This document shows, piece by piece, positions 35,213 through 45,976 of a DNA stretch of 64,000 bases; the stretch's first letter is position 1, and each line of letters opens with the position of its first letter. Source of the DNA: Azolla caroliniana (lineage: Eukaryota > Plantae > Polypodiophyta); NCBI GenBank assembly GCA_043228905.1, contig JBHGNT010000001.1, positions 14,880,001 through 14,944,000 of the forward strand, read 5' to 3'. A model generated the notes under the pieces. It was given only the letters and a program-made list of their open reading frames with translations, was not told the DNA's origin and did no database searches. Position numbers and translations under genes: made by a program.

Positions 35213-38200
35213 AAAAGAGTTTCTTATTTCATAAAGCAACAATACAACAACCCAACCTCACAAAGAGGTTACAAGGTCACTATATATAGTGACCGACTTA
35301 GGGCAACTACCCTTTATGCTAATTACATAAATGGCCAAAACGGGATGGTGTGAATACGTCCATTATACACATGTATTCGACACTCCCTCGTAATGGGCGT
35401 ATACATGGGTTATCTAAGATTACAGGTATAGACTTAGGTTCTCGGACATATCAGCTTTGTTCGAGTCGGCAGGATCCGAAGACAGAAGACTGAACTGGTC
35501 GGGTCGGAACAGTTGAAGCCGATCATTAAGGAGCTGATGTCGGTTGTCGGGAACCATCCTGCTCTGTGTCCGGCTCTAACCGGACTGGTTTGTCGTTACG
35601 CCCATCTGATGCCGAAGAGACCGAAAACGGTCTGCCGAGAGACATTTGGTCATTCCATCTGCGACATTATCGGTTGTGGATATTTTCTCTAGACCGATTT
35701 TCCCTGAAATGACGCAGTCCCGAACGAAGTGATATCGAACGTCGATATGTTTGGAGGCGTTGTGGTGAACCGGATTTTTCGACAAGGCAACAGCACCTTG
35801 ACTGTCGCTGTAGACAACTGGAGCCGAGTCATGTTTGACTTGTCGAAACGTGTGCGCCAGCCGACCGAGCCACAAAGCTTCTTTTGCTGCGTCGGACGCA
35901 GCTACATATTCTGCTTCGGTCGTTGAGGTCGCTGTGCACTCCTGAAGTTTCGACTTCCACGAGATTGCTCCATTGCCGAATTTGAAGCAGTATCCGGTTG
36001 TTGATTTCCGACTGTCTATACAGCCGGCGAAGTCTGAGTCGGTGTAACCGACTACGCCTGAGGTTCGGTTCGGTCCGAAAAGAATGCCATGGTCTTTTGT
36101 GCCAGCCAGATATCTGAACACATGCTTGACTGCGTTCCAATGCGATCGGCCAGGATTGTGCATAAATCTGCTAACGACTCCTACGGCATGAGAGATGTCA
36201 GGCCGTGTCGCGACCATCAGGTACATAAGGGAGCCGACTGCCGGTGCATACGGTACCGACTTCATATCTTCCCCCTCCGAACCGGATGTCGGGCAGTCTC
36301 GCTGAGAGAGCCGAAGATTCATAGGGAGTGGGGTTGAAGCAGATTTGGCTGATTGCATGTTGAAGCGTTCCAAGACACGTCCGATATAGTCGGTCTGAGA
36401 CAAAAAAAGATGTCGTTTATCGCGATGCCGACTAATCTTCATGCCAAGGATGTGTCGTGCCGGACCGAGGTCCTTCATGGCAAACTTCAACCGCAGTTGC
36501 CGAACGAGATCGGCAAGTTCGCCCGCGTGGCGTCCAGAAATTAGCATGTCGTCCACGTAAATGATGAGGAAGATGGGTGATCCATCTCGAGCTGTGTTGG
36601 TGAAGAGACAATGGTCCTCATCGCTTTTGGAGAAGCCGATTGATTGGATGAAGTCGTCGAACTTCTTGTACCATTGTCGCGGTGCCTGTTTGAGGCCGTA
36701 TAGACTCTTCCTGAGTCGGCAGACTAGATGTTCTTGGCCAGTTGCCACGAAGCCTTTTGGCTGCTCCATATAAATTTCCTCCTCGAGATCACCATGGAGG
36801 AAGGCTGTTTTGACATCTAGCTGAATCAGCTCCAAGTTGTCGGCTGCCACGACGCCGAGCAGAAAACGAAGGGTTGTCATTTTCACCACTGGTGAAAAAA
36901 TCTCGTCGAAGTCGACGCCATATTCTTGTCGGAAGCCCTTCGCAACTAATCTGGCCTTGTACTTTGGTGTGGTTGAATCAGACGTCTCTTTTAGTCGATA
37001 AACCCACTTGCAAGGAAGAGCACGTCGGTTCCTAGGTAATTCGACCAGATCCCAAGTCTTGTTTGCCCGAATGGAGTGCATTTCCGACTCCATCGCCAGA
37101 TGCCAGGTGGCCGAATCGACAGATGTCGATGCTTCTTCGTAAGACGTCGGTTCGCCGGCGTCGGTGAAGAAAATTCCAGGAGAATACCTCTCCGGAGGTT
37201 GCGACAGTCTCTCGGATCGTCGAGGTATGATTGGACTGGTCGCATCGGGTATCGAGGTCGGATGGTCCGAAACCGAATCATTCGGCTGTGCCGAGTCAGA
37301 GTTGTCCGAGTCGGTAGTATAAGGTTCAGCTACCCGTGAAGCTGACCGTGTGTTGAGAGCGGGGCCTTCTTGAAGGGTCGGCACATCGGAGAATGTTACC
37401 CTTCGGACTTCGATCGGTTTGTCGACCGATGGATTCATAGCCGACTCGTTGAACACAACGTCCGAACTTCGAACGATTTGTCTGCGTTCGGGGTCCCAGA
37501 GTCGGTATCCCATTTCGCCGTCTGATCCATATCCAAGGAAAATGCATTTCCTGGACCGAGGTGCAAGTTTTCGGCGATCATCTTTCGGAATAAGGGCGTA
37601 CGCCTCGCATCCGAAGATCCTCAGCTTGTCGTAATTCGGCTTACTGCCGATCCATAGTTCCTGAGGAATTTGAAGTCCTAGAGGTCTACTTGGCGACATA
37701 TTAATTATGTGTACCGCCGTGAGTAGAGCCTCTGCCCAGAAGCCATCCGACAGTCCGGAGTGTTGGAGCATGGAAACTATCCGTTCTTGGATTGTCCGAT
37801 TCATTCGTTCTGCAATCCCGTTTTGCTCCGGACTGTGTGGTGCCGTAAATTCACGTCGGATGCCGCGTTGTCGGCAGAATTTGACGAATTCGTCGGATTT
37901 GAACTCTCCCCCATTATCGGTCCGAAGGCATTTCAGCTTTCGGTCGGTTTGATTTTCTACCATAGCGAGCCAATCGGTGAAGATCGAGAAGACACGATCT
38001 TTGGTGCGAATTGGATAAGCCCACACCTTTCGAGTCGAATCGTCAATAAAACTGACGAGGTAAGAGGCACCGCCTAGAGACTGATTCGACATTGGGCCAC
38101 AGACGTCCGAATGGACTAAATCGAGAGGTCTCGTCTCTTTTGGTGCTGATGTCGGGTGTGATGCGGCTACTTGTTTGCCATACTGGCAATGCTCGCAAAA

Positions 38201-40308
38201 TTGATGGTCCGAGAAGGAGAGTTTGGGGATGTATCCGGCGCTAGATAGGTGCGTGATGCCGGCCTTGCTGAGGTGTCCTAATCTTCGGTGCCATAATGAT
38301 GACACAGGAATGTCCACCAAAAACAGGTTACCCTCTCTGAGCGTAACATGTAACGGATACAGTGAGTGTATCTTGGGTCCTCTAGCAAGCAGGAGGTTCC
38401 CCCTGTGGAGTGTCCACCCTCCCGAAGAAAAACCGGCACGAATGCCGTCTTCATCTAGTTGTCCGACTGAGATCAATGGCCTTGTGAGCTCGGGTACATG
38501 TCGGACATTGTGGAGTACAAGTGTAGAGCCCCCTGCAAGGTTGAGCTCTACTGTGCCGATTCCGACGATGTCACAGTGTTGTGAGTTGCCGACTCGAACT
38601 GAGTCGGAGTGACGGATCGTATATTGCCGAAATTGGGATCGATGAGGAGTCACGTGAAATGACGCGCCCGAATCCAAGAGCCATGTGCTCGATTCTTCAG
38701 TCGTGAGTAGAACTTCTGATCCGACTGGATTTTCTATTGATAGTATATTCGGGTCGTCCGGTAGTACATCAGCTGAGAAGCTGACGTAATTGATCTCCTC
38801 ATGCCGGCCACTCGTCTTGTTGTTCTTGTTCTTGAGTGCGCGGCAGTCCGCTTTGATGTGTCCGGGTTTCTTGCAATAGTTGCAGATTCGGTTATCCCGT
38901 GACTGGCTCCGTCTTCGCTGATTGTTCGGCGGTCGTGAGGAATCTCTTCCTCGTATGTTCGATCGGTCTGTCGAACCTTGTACTACGTAGGCGTCGTCTG
39001 TTGAGTCTTTGGCGAAAGACTTTCTCCGAGCTGCTTCGGTCAGGATTGCGCTCGTGACTTCGGAGTATTTAACAGCCGTGGTTGACGCGTTGCACACGGT
39101 TGTGACGAAAGTTTCCCATGATGGGGGAAGGCTGCTCATGAGTATCATTGCTCTGAGTTCATCCTCGATTGCCGTCCCCTGTGACGAGATTTGGGAGCTT
39201 ATGCTTTCGTACTCATTGAGGTGTGCTTGGACCGAATCGGATTCTTTCATCCGCAAGTTGTAGAGGCGCCGGATCAGAAACATCTTCGTTGCAGCGACCT
39301 TCTTTTCGTAAGTGTCCGACAGTGTTTTCCACAGTTCGAATGCTGTCGTACACGATTGCACCGTAAAGTATACCGATTCCGATAGGTGCATCCGAATCGT
39401 GGCGCGGACGATTCTGTCCAGCTTCTGCCACTCAATTGGTTTGTATCCTTCTGGAGGTTCTTCATTTTCGATGGGATCGATTTGCCCCTTGACTATGAGA
39501 TAGTCCTGCATTTGTTCCTTCCAGAAGTTGAAGTTCGATCCATCGAACTTTCGGAGACTCATTTCTGACGAGCCGGATGTTGATGCCATCAAATTCGGTT
39601 TCGGTTGACGAAGCTCGGTTCGGAGTTGACTACGAACCTTGTTGGAGTGCAGCCGGCTGGCTCACCCGATATCGTTCTAGTCGGATTTGAACCCGAGTCG
39701 GTTCGGCTTCGAAACTTGCTCGAATTGACTTCGGTAGCTTGAGGGACAGAACCGACTGGTCTTCCCGAATGTTGCCGAATACCGATTATTGAAACCGATT
39801 ATCTGGACCGATTTTGCTTCGGTTGACTGCAGCAACGAGAGAGACGGATCCAACTGATCCTCTCGAATGTCGATCAGCCAGATGAAGCACGAATTTGGGG
39901 TTGTTTGCTTAAGACCGATCTGTACCGAGTGGTTACAACGAGCAGCGAGCAGCGTTTAACGACCTTTTCGGATGCCGTTTAACCGAATGGAGCACGATCG
40001 TGTCAATGATGCACAAGGGGATTTCACCTCGAGCGGTTACGATCACTGGGAACGGAGTACAACCTGCTGGCTTACTCCAAACAAAGATGATCTAACGCGA
40101 TGAGATGCAAACCTGGTTTTTCTTCTTCTTCTCTCTTCTTCGAATGACGCAGGAAACCGAATGCAGAGATGACGGCCGACAGCGGATTGAAGGACCGACT
40201 ACTGTGCAGGCTCTGATACCAGATGTTGGAAGCAATGTCGTCTGTGCGGAAGATCTTGAAGCACTCGATTCCTGTTTATTCCCTGTGTATGACAGAATGT
40301 AGGTCGTT

Positions 40309-40356
<48 letters not shown>

Positions 40357-40526
40357 AAAAGAGTTTCTTATTTCATAAAGCAACAATACAACAACCCAAC
40401 CTCACAAAGAGGTTACAAGGTCACTATATATAGTGACCGACTTAGGGCAACTACCCTTTATGCTAATTACATAAATGGCCAAAACGGGATGGTGTGAATA
40501 CGTCCATTATACACATGTATTCGACA
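35090..40526 (-). mobile_element. Intact, very recent Ty1/copia element
   Basis: TSD CGGCA (35085-35089, 40527-40531). LTRs 35090-35382 and 40224-40526 identical except (AG)15 vs (AG)20. PBS TGGTATCAGAG 40211-40221. PPT next to 35382. Confidence 0.98.
35576..39589 (-). CDS. Copia Gag-Pol polyprotein (gag, zinc knuckle, protease, integrase, RT, RNase H), 1337 aa from first ATG
   Basis: Uninterrupted ORF: KFDGSNFNFW, CNYCKKPGHIKADC, WLLDSGAS, HRRLGH..CEHC, HSDVCGP/TDNGGEF/NGIAER, YVDD, YTDSDFAG, KHIDVRYHF. Confidence 0.97.
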   Translation of the reverse strand: MASTSGSSEMSLRKFDGSNFNFWKEQMQDYLIVKGQIDPIENEEPPEGYKPIEWQKLDRIVRATIRMHLSESVYFTVQSCTTAFELWKTLSDTYEKKVAATKMFLIRRLYNLRMKESDSVQAHLNEYESISSQISSQGTAIEDELRAMILMSSLPPSWETFVTTVCNASTTAVKYSEVTSAILTEAARRKSFAKDSTDDAYVVQGSTDRSNIRGRDSSRPPNNQRRRSQSRDNRICNYCKKPGHIKADCRALKNKNNKTSGRHEEINYVSFSADVLPDDPNILSIENPVGSEVLLTTEESSTWLLDSGASFHVTPHRSQFRQYTIRHSDSVRVGNSQHCDIVGIGTVELNLAGGSTLVLHNVRHVPELTRPLISVGQLDEDGIRAGFSSGGWTLHRGNLLLARGPKIHSLYPLHVTLREGNLFLVDIPVSSLWHRRLGHLSKAGITHLSSAGYIPKLSFSDHQFCEHCQYGKQVAASHPTSAPKETRPLDLVHSDVCGPMSNQSLGGASYLVSFIDDSTRKVWAYPIRTKDRVFSIFTDWLAMVENQTDRKLKCLRTDNGGEFKSDEFVKFCRQRGIRREFTAPHSPEQNGIAERMNRTIQERIVSMLQHSGLSDGFWAEALLTAVHIINMSPSRPLGLQIPQELWIGSKPNYDKLRIFGCEAYALIPKDDRRKLAPRSRKCIFLGYGSDGEMGYRLWDPERRQIVRSSDVVFNESAMNPSVDKPIEVRRVTFSDVPTLQEGPALNTRSASRVAEPYTTDSDNSDSAQPNDSVSDHPTSIPDATSPIIPRRSERLSQPPERYSPGIFFTDAGEPTSYEEASTSVDSATWHLAMESEMHSIRANKTWDLVELPRNRRALPCKWVYRLKETSDSTTPKYKARLVAKGFRQEYGVDFDEIFSPVVKMTTLRFLLGVVAADNLELIQLDVKTAFLHGDLEEEIYMEQPKGFVATGQEHLVCRLRKSLYGLKQAPRQWYKKFDDFIQSIGFSKSDEDHCLFTNTARDGSPIFLIIYVDDMLISGRHAGELADLVRQLRLKFAMKDLGPARHILGMKISRHRDKRHLFLSQTDYIGRVLERFNMQSAKSASTPLPMNLRLSQRDCPTSGSEGEDMKSVPYAPAVGSLMYLMVATRPDISHAVGVVSRFMHNPGRSHWNAVKHVFRYLAGTKDHGILFGPNRTSGVVGYTDSDFAGCIDSRKSTTGYCFKFGNGAISWKSKLQECTATSTTEAEYVAASDAAKEALWLGRLAHTFRQVKHDSAPVVYSDSQGAVALSKNPVHHNASKHIDVRYHFVRDCVISGKIGLEKISTTDNVADGMTKCLSADRFRSLRHQMGVTTNQSG

Positions 40527-41435
40527 CGGCACCCTCCTCATCTCTACTTTATCTTTTTGAATTTTCGGACATTGACCTAAATTTAGCTTACAATTCACCG
40601 ACAATGGAGATCCAACAAATTTTGCATTATACATGTTAAACCTTTGCAAAACTTTCGTCACATATTTCTCTTGTGATAGCCATAGCATGTTTTTAGTCCT
40701 ATCCTAGACTATATGCATTCCCAAAATCTGTTTTGTTGGTCCTAAATCTTTCATGGCAAAAGATTTGCTCAAAGTTTTCTTCAAGCTTGCAATCTTCTTA
40801 ACATTCTGTCCAACAACTAACATATCATCCACATACAACAAAAGAATAAAAAAATCACCTTCATCATACCTTTTCACAAATACACAATGATCGGCTTGTG
40901 TTTTGTGGAATCCATGTTCCAACATGAAGGATTCAAACTTCTTATACCATTGTCGTGGAGCTTGCTTCAGCCCATACAAGCTTTTCGTCAACCTACATAC
41001 AAGATTCTCGTTTCCTTTTACCTCAAAGCCCTCTGGCTATTGCATATACATTTCCTCTTCCAACTCACCATGTAAAAATGTTGTTTTAACATCCAACTAT
41101 TCAATTTCCAGATTCATACTGGCAACCATACTCAAAATAGTCCGGATGGAAGTCATCTGCACTACTGGAGCAAAAATATCATCAAAATCAACACCCTTTT
41201 TTTGTTGAAAACCTTTCACTACAATACGAGCCTTATACCTAGGTGTACTTCTGTCTTCTCCAGTCTTTAGTTTGTAGACCGATTTGTTTCTTAGTGCCTT
41301 CTTTCCATCAGGCAGCTCCATCAACTCATAGGTGTGGTTCTCATGCAAGGAATCCATTTCCACTTGCATGGCATTATACCACTTCTCCTTATGTACATCA
41401 AGCATGGCTTCTTCATAGCATTCAGGTTCCTGTCA

Positions 41436-41507
41436 TGATATGGCAAGACTCGAACCCATGACCTTATGCTACATGGGTCGAGCTCTTGACCATTAGACTA
41501 TACATTG
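41436..41507 (-). ncRNA. tRNA-derived sequence (Pol III A and B boxes) at the LTR edge; not a functional tRNA
   Basis: Minus strand TAGTCTAATGG (A box, 41500-41490), 33-nt gap containing AAGGTC, then GGTTCGAGTCT (B box, 41456-41446). Acceptor and anticodon stems do not pair well. Confidence 0.65.
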
Positions 41508-41576
41508 TAATACGTAGAATATTATTTTCATTTATGTTTTATTATAGAAAATTGATGTATATTCCAGATTTCTCTG

Positions 41577-41594
41577 GAACATTCTAGAAACTTC
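41577..41594 (+). promoter_or_regulatory. Perfect 4-unit heat-shock element GAAcaTTCtaGAAacTTC
   Basis: Four alternating nGAAn units ending 20 bp upstream of the LTR TATA box. Confidence 0.75.
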
Positions 41595-41721
41595 AGGAGT
41601 ATTCCTTAGAACACTATAAAAGGAGGCACGAGGCATTATTTCGAACCAAATCGGTTCAACGCCAGTCTTAAGCCTCCTAGCTACTACTGTACATTCTCTT
41701 CACATAATATATATCTTTTCT

Positions 41722-41784
<63 letters not shown>

Positions 41785-44700
41785 ACTCTTTCCTTCTCTC
41801 GAGAGTTCTTCACCTCTCTTAGTACTAATACTTCTTTTAGTACTAATTCCTTCTTTGTCTTAGTACTGTTCATGACAGTTCCCCTTCATCAGTCAAGAGA
41901 ATATATTGATTGGTTGGATATCGAGAGGAAGCCTTCCTTTGTCTTAGAGGATATCTTCTTCCTTTGGCAACTGGCTCTGATTCAGTTTCTTCTGCTAGCT
42001 CATCTTCCAATTCAGATTCAAGTGCATCAGCTTGTTGTTGTGTGTCGGTTGACTCAGATTTGGCTTCAGCAGCCGGTTGTTGTCTTTCGATTGGTTGTGT
42101 GGAAGTGGGATTGATTAGTGCTGACTCCATAATAGTAGTCGGTTGGGAAGATGACTCTAGTATTTGTTGTCTCCAGTCTTCAATTGTCTTGTCTTCCATG
42201 AATATAACACCACGAATTCTTATCACTTTCTTATCAAGGAGATCCCACATCCTATACCCGAACTCATCTTCCGAGTATCCCAAGAATATGCAAGGCTTGG
42301 ACTTGTTGTCCAACTTTGACCTCTGGTCTTTAGCAACATGCACATAAGCCAAGCATCCGAACACCCTTAAATGCTGGTAGGACACACTCCTTCCTGTCCA
42401 CACCCTCTGTGGGACATCCCCCTTTAGAGGCATTGATGGGGACCTGTTTATAAGGTAGACAACTGTTAACATTGCCTCAACCCAATACGACTTTGGCAAT
42501 TTCGCATGAGACAACATGCTTCTTACCCTTTCCATTATGGTCTGATTCATTCTCTCTGCTAGACCATTCAACTCAGTTGTCTTCGGCATCGTATACTCAA
42601 GTTTGATGCCTTGAGTCTTGCAATACATCTCAAATTGGCCTCTATACTCACTATCATTATCTATTTGGACAACTTTCAACTTCTGTCCAAATTCTCTTTC
42701 TGCCCTTGCATGAAACTCTTTAAAGACCAACAACATGGTCTTTAGACACCAACACAAAAGCCCACAACTTTCTACTGAAGTCATCAATAAATGTGACGAA
42801 GTATTGTCCACCACAGTGTGATGGGGCATCCACATAACACACATATGTGCGAACCAGTTCCAGGGCATGCTCTCTTCTCATCGGAGGCCTAGAGTGAAAG
42901 GTTGTTCTATTCTGCTTTCAAACCAAGTAGTCCACACAGTTTTCAAGGTGTATTCCTTTCACTTCTGCTAGAAAATCCTTTACAGCAAGGATATGCATTC
43001 CCCTTTAGCTCATATGCCCGAGCCTTTTATGCCACAACTCACCATCTGAGGCACCCACTACATTTGCTTCATCTCGGCACAGTTTTGCATGCATTACATA
43101 CAACGTGTTATGTTTTTTAGCTCGAGCCACAATCAAGAGCTCCCTTTACAGAACTTCCATGCACCATTATGGAAACCACCGTTGTAGTCCTCATCATCCA
43201 ACCGTCCAACCGATATCAGATTCAATCTGACATCCGGAACACGACGTACATCCTTCAACATTAAGCTACAACCAATAGATGTTAACAAACACGCATTTCC
43301 TATGCCCACAATCTTGCATTCACTGTTGTTTCCCATCCTTACGTAGCCATAGTCACCAGCTGTGTAAGATGAGAAACATTCTCTTTTGGGAGTTAGGTGG
43401 AACAATGCACCAGAATCCACTACTTAGGAGCACTCAACATTTGCAAGATTCACACTAACATATTCACAAATAAATAACATCTCTTCTTCACTAGTCACAA
43501 TGGCTGAGGTGTTTTTGTCATCAAAATTTTTTCTGGGTTCGACCTCATCATCCATGCCTCTGTGCTTCCTAAGGTGTCGACAATTCTTTTGGAAGTGACC
43601 AAGCTTCCCACAATAGAAGCATGCAGGTCTTCCTCTAGATTACTACCTAGCATAAGACTTATCTCTATTTTCAGGGCTTCTGTATCTACTTCTTCCTCTG
43701 CTAAGTTCTTATGTCACATTAGCTTCCGATTGAGACAAGGCACTTTTATCTCTTCGTTTAGAATACTTGTCTTTACTACTTATAAAGATAGGTTGTCTTC
43801 TTTACATGAGGTACTAAGTGTCACTATTAGGTTTTCCCAACTGTCCGGTAGAGTACATAGTAGTAGTGTGGCCTACATAGCATCATCTAATGGGAACTTC
43901 ATTGATGCTAATTGGTTTACTAGACCCATGAAAGTACTGATGTGCTCTAGGATGCTCTCCCCATCTATGTACTTTAGTCTCATTATTTCTGATTAGGGAA
44001 GTTTTATTTACGACATTTTTCCTTTCGTAGAGGGCTAAGAGTTTTTGCCATAACTCATAGGCATTTATATCACTTGCTACATGTTGTAGAATGCTAATGT
44101 CTACACATTGTCTTATGGTTGCAACTGCCTTTTTATTTAGAGTTTTCCACTCAGATTCTATTACCCCTGTAGGTATGTCTTCCTTTTTTATAGGCTCATA
44201 CAGATCTTTGACTATCAGAAGATCTTCCATTTTGATCTTCCTGTCTGAGTAGTTTTGTGAGTTTAGGACAATCATCCCCGGAAACCCACTCACACCCCCT
44301 TCCATCTAGAATCTACACTCTGATACCCGTGTGATAGATTTTACACTCAGACGTAAACCACAGATATACTGAGACACAAACAAACGAAAAACAAGCAACA
44401 CACGATTTACGTGGAAAACCTCGATTTCAGGGAAGAAATTTCCACTATGAGACAAGAAGAAATACAAGCATAGAATGATAGAACCTGATTTGGTATGGAT
44501 GTACTATCAGGTTGTTATTTGAAACTACAGTTTCAGCCGAGTGCACCAAACCCTAACTTGTAGGTATTTATCACTTTTGAAGCTTCCAAAGCTTCTCTGT
44601 TACACTCTTCTTTCTTTGCTTCCTCTCACACTCAGTTGTAGAGCTATGTCACTCACTTTGTCACACCCACCAATGTGTTACTGTGTTACCTCACTATTGT

Positions 44701-44961
44701 TCTCTGTGTCGCTCTTCCCTTGCAACACGTTTTCTCACTCTTACGCGCGCTCTCTAACTCACAATAATACACTTCGTGCGCTTCACTCATTATTTATACT
44801 GTTAGTGATGTATCCCACATACCTAGGTAGTTAATACCACTATGCCTATATATACTAACCCAACTTTCACTTATTTTCGTCCGAACTTTTGTTCGATTCT
44901 TCAGGTCTTGGTTTGGCTTTTCGGCCGAGTCCCCCGTAAGGAGGGACAATCTTACATAACA

Positions 44962-45132
44962 GAGACATCCTCTAGAGGGAAGATGGCAGAGCAAATTCTT
45001 GATACTAGAGTAATCCCCAATTCATTCGATTCTCGACTAGAGATGGTCGTGCTTTTGAAGGTAGCTTTATTGTGCACATTCTTCTCCTTCAGAAAGTTTT
45101 GCAAATGCTTAAAGATGCAAGATGGTGGGTGA
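44962..45132 (+). pseudogene. C-terminal end of the PXC3-like kinase pseudogene
   Basis: SSRGKMAEQILDTRV...EMVVLLKVALLCT continues RWVHET exactly across the GAGAC TSD. Confidence 0.82.
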
Positions 45133-45976
45133 CAACCTTTGTGAGAGTTGATAGATTGAACAAGAAACGTTTTCCTATTAATGTAACCATGAGATACTAC
45201 CAACATTACACTTGTATGAGTTCTCGCGAAATGGTGTATTTGTAAACATGCTCTTGTTAGAAAGTGACCCACTACTTCCCTTTTTCCTTCTCCATGTTTT
45301 GGCTTCAAGGAAGTAGACCAATGATAGAACTTGCTAGGTTTTTGAAAGAAACGTTGCTCCCCTTTGAAACTAGAGCCATAGATTATATAAGCAACCCCCA
45401 CGTTTTGTGTGTGTAAACAACTCCTTCCCTAATTTAACAAGAATTTTGAGTTCATGTTTACATTTTAAAGTTATATACCTGTGTGGTTGTTAAATGAAGC
45501 TGCTAAATGTTGTCATGACTACACAAATATTCTACATCACATAAAACAATAACATTGTAAAAAACCAAATTAATACATATACATTTCACAGGGCCTAGAA
45601 ACCAAACCTACATTTTGCTTGAGATGTGGGTTGTTTGGAAATCGTGCAAAGCGAAAGAGATTAAAAATCATGGGGCGAACAACCAGCATTGATAAAGTTT
45701 GACATGTTTGTAGTTAGAGAGGCTGGTGGGGCGAAAGAGATTAACAAATATGAAGCGAAATATGTTTTGTTCAGAATGTTTAGTAATCAAATAGCATATT
45801 GGTGTACATAACACATCATGTCTCCGCAGCAATGACTTAATCCAAGGAAAAATTACTAGTAATGGCAATCCTCCAATTGATAACTAATGAAACAAACAAT
45901 ATCTCCATGTACAAATCAATGAACCAATAATATTAAGAAGAGGATCCTCAAAACAGCTGATAAAAGCAAGTGAAGC

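Larger units (their letters stand above)
41431..41877 (+). mobile_element. Solo LTR (447 bp) with tRNA-like segment, HSE and TATA
   Basis: TSD GTTCC (41426-41430, 41878-41882); 8-bp terminal inverted repeat TGTCATGA...TCATGACA; TATAAAA 41615-41621; (CT)n about 41726-41780. Confidence 0.9.
34558..44961 (-). mobile_element. Degenerate copia inserted in the RLK kinase exon; carries two nested insertions
   Basis: TSD GAGAC (34553-34557, 44962-44966). 5' LTR 44332-44961 with adjacent PBS. 3' LTR truncated at about 35022 and fused to RT (PPT and RNase H deleted). gag 43883-44305, PR 43133-43420, IN 41870-42868, RT 40467-41405. Confidence 0.93.

Noticed and set aside
41436-41507. Functional tRNA gene
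   Set aside because: Acceptor and anticodon stems do not pair; retained only as a tRNA-derived promoter-like sequence.
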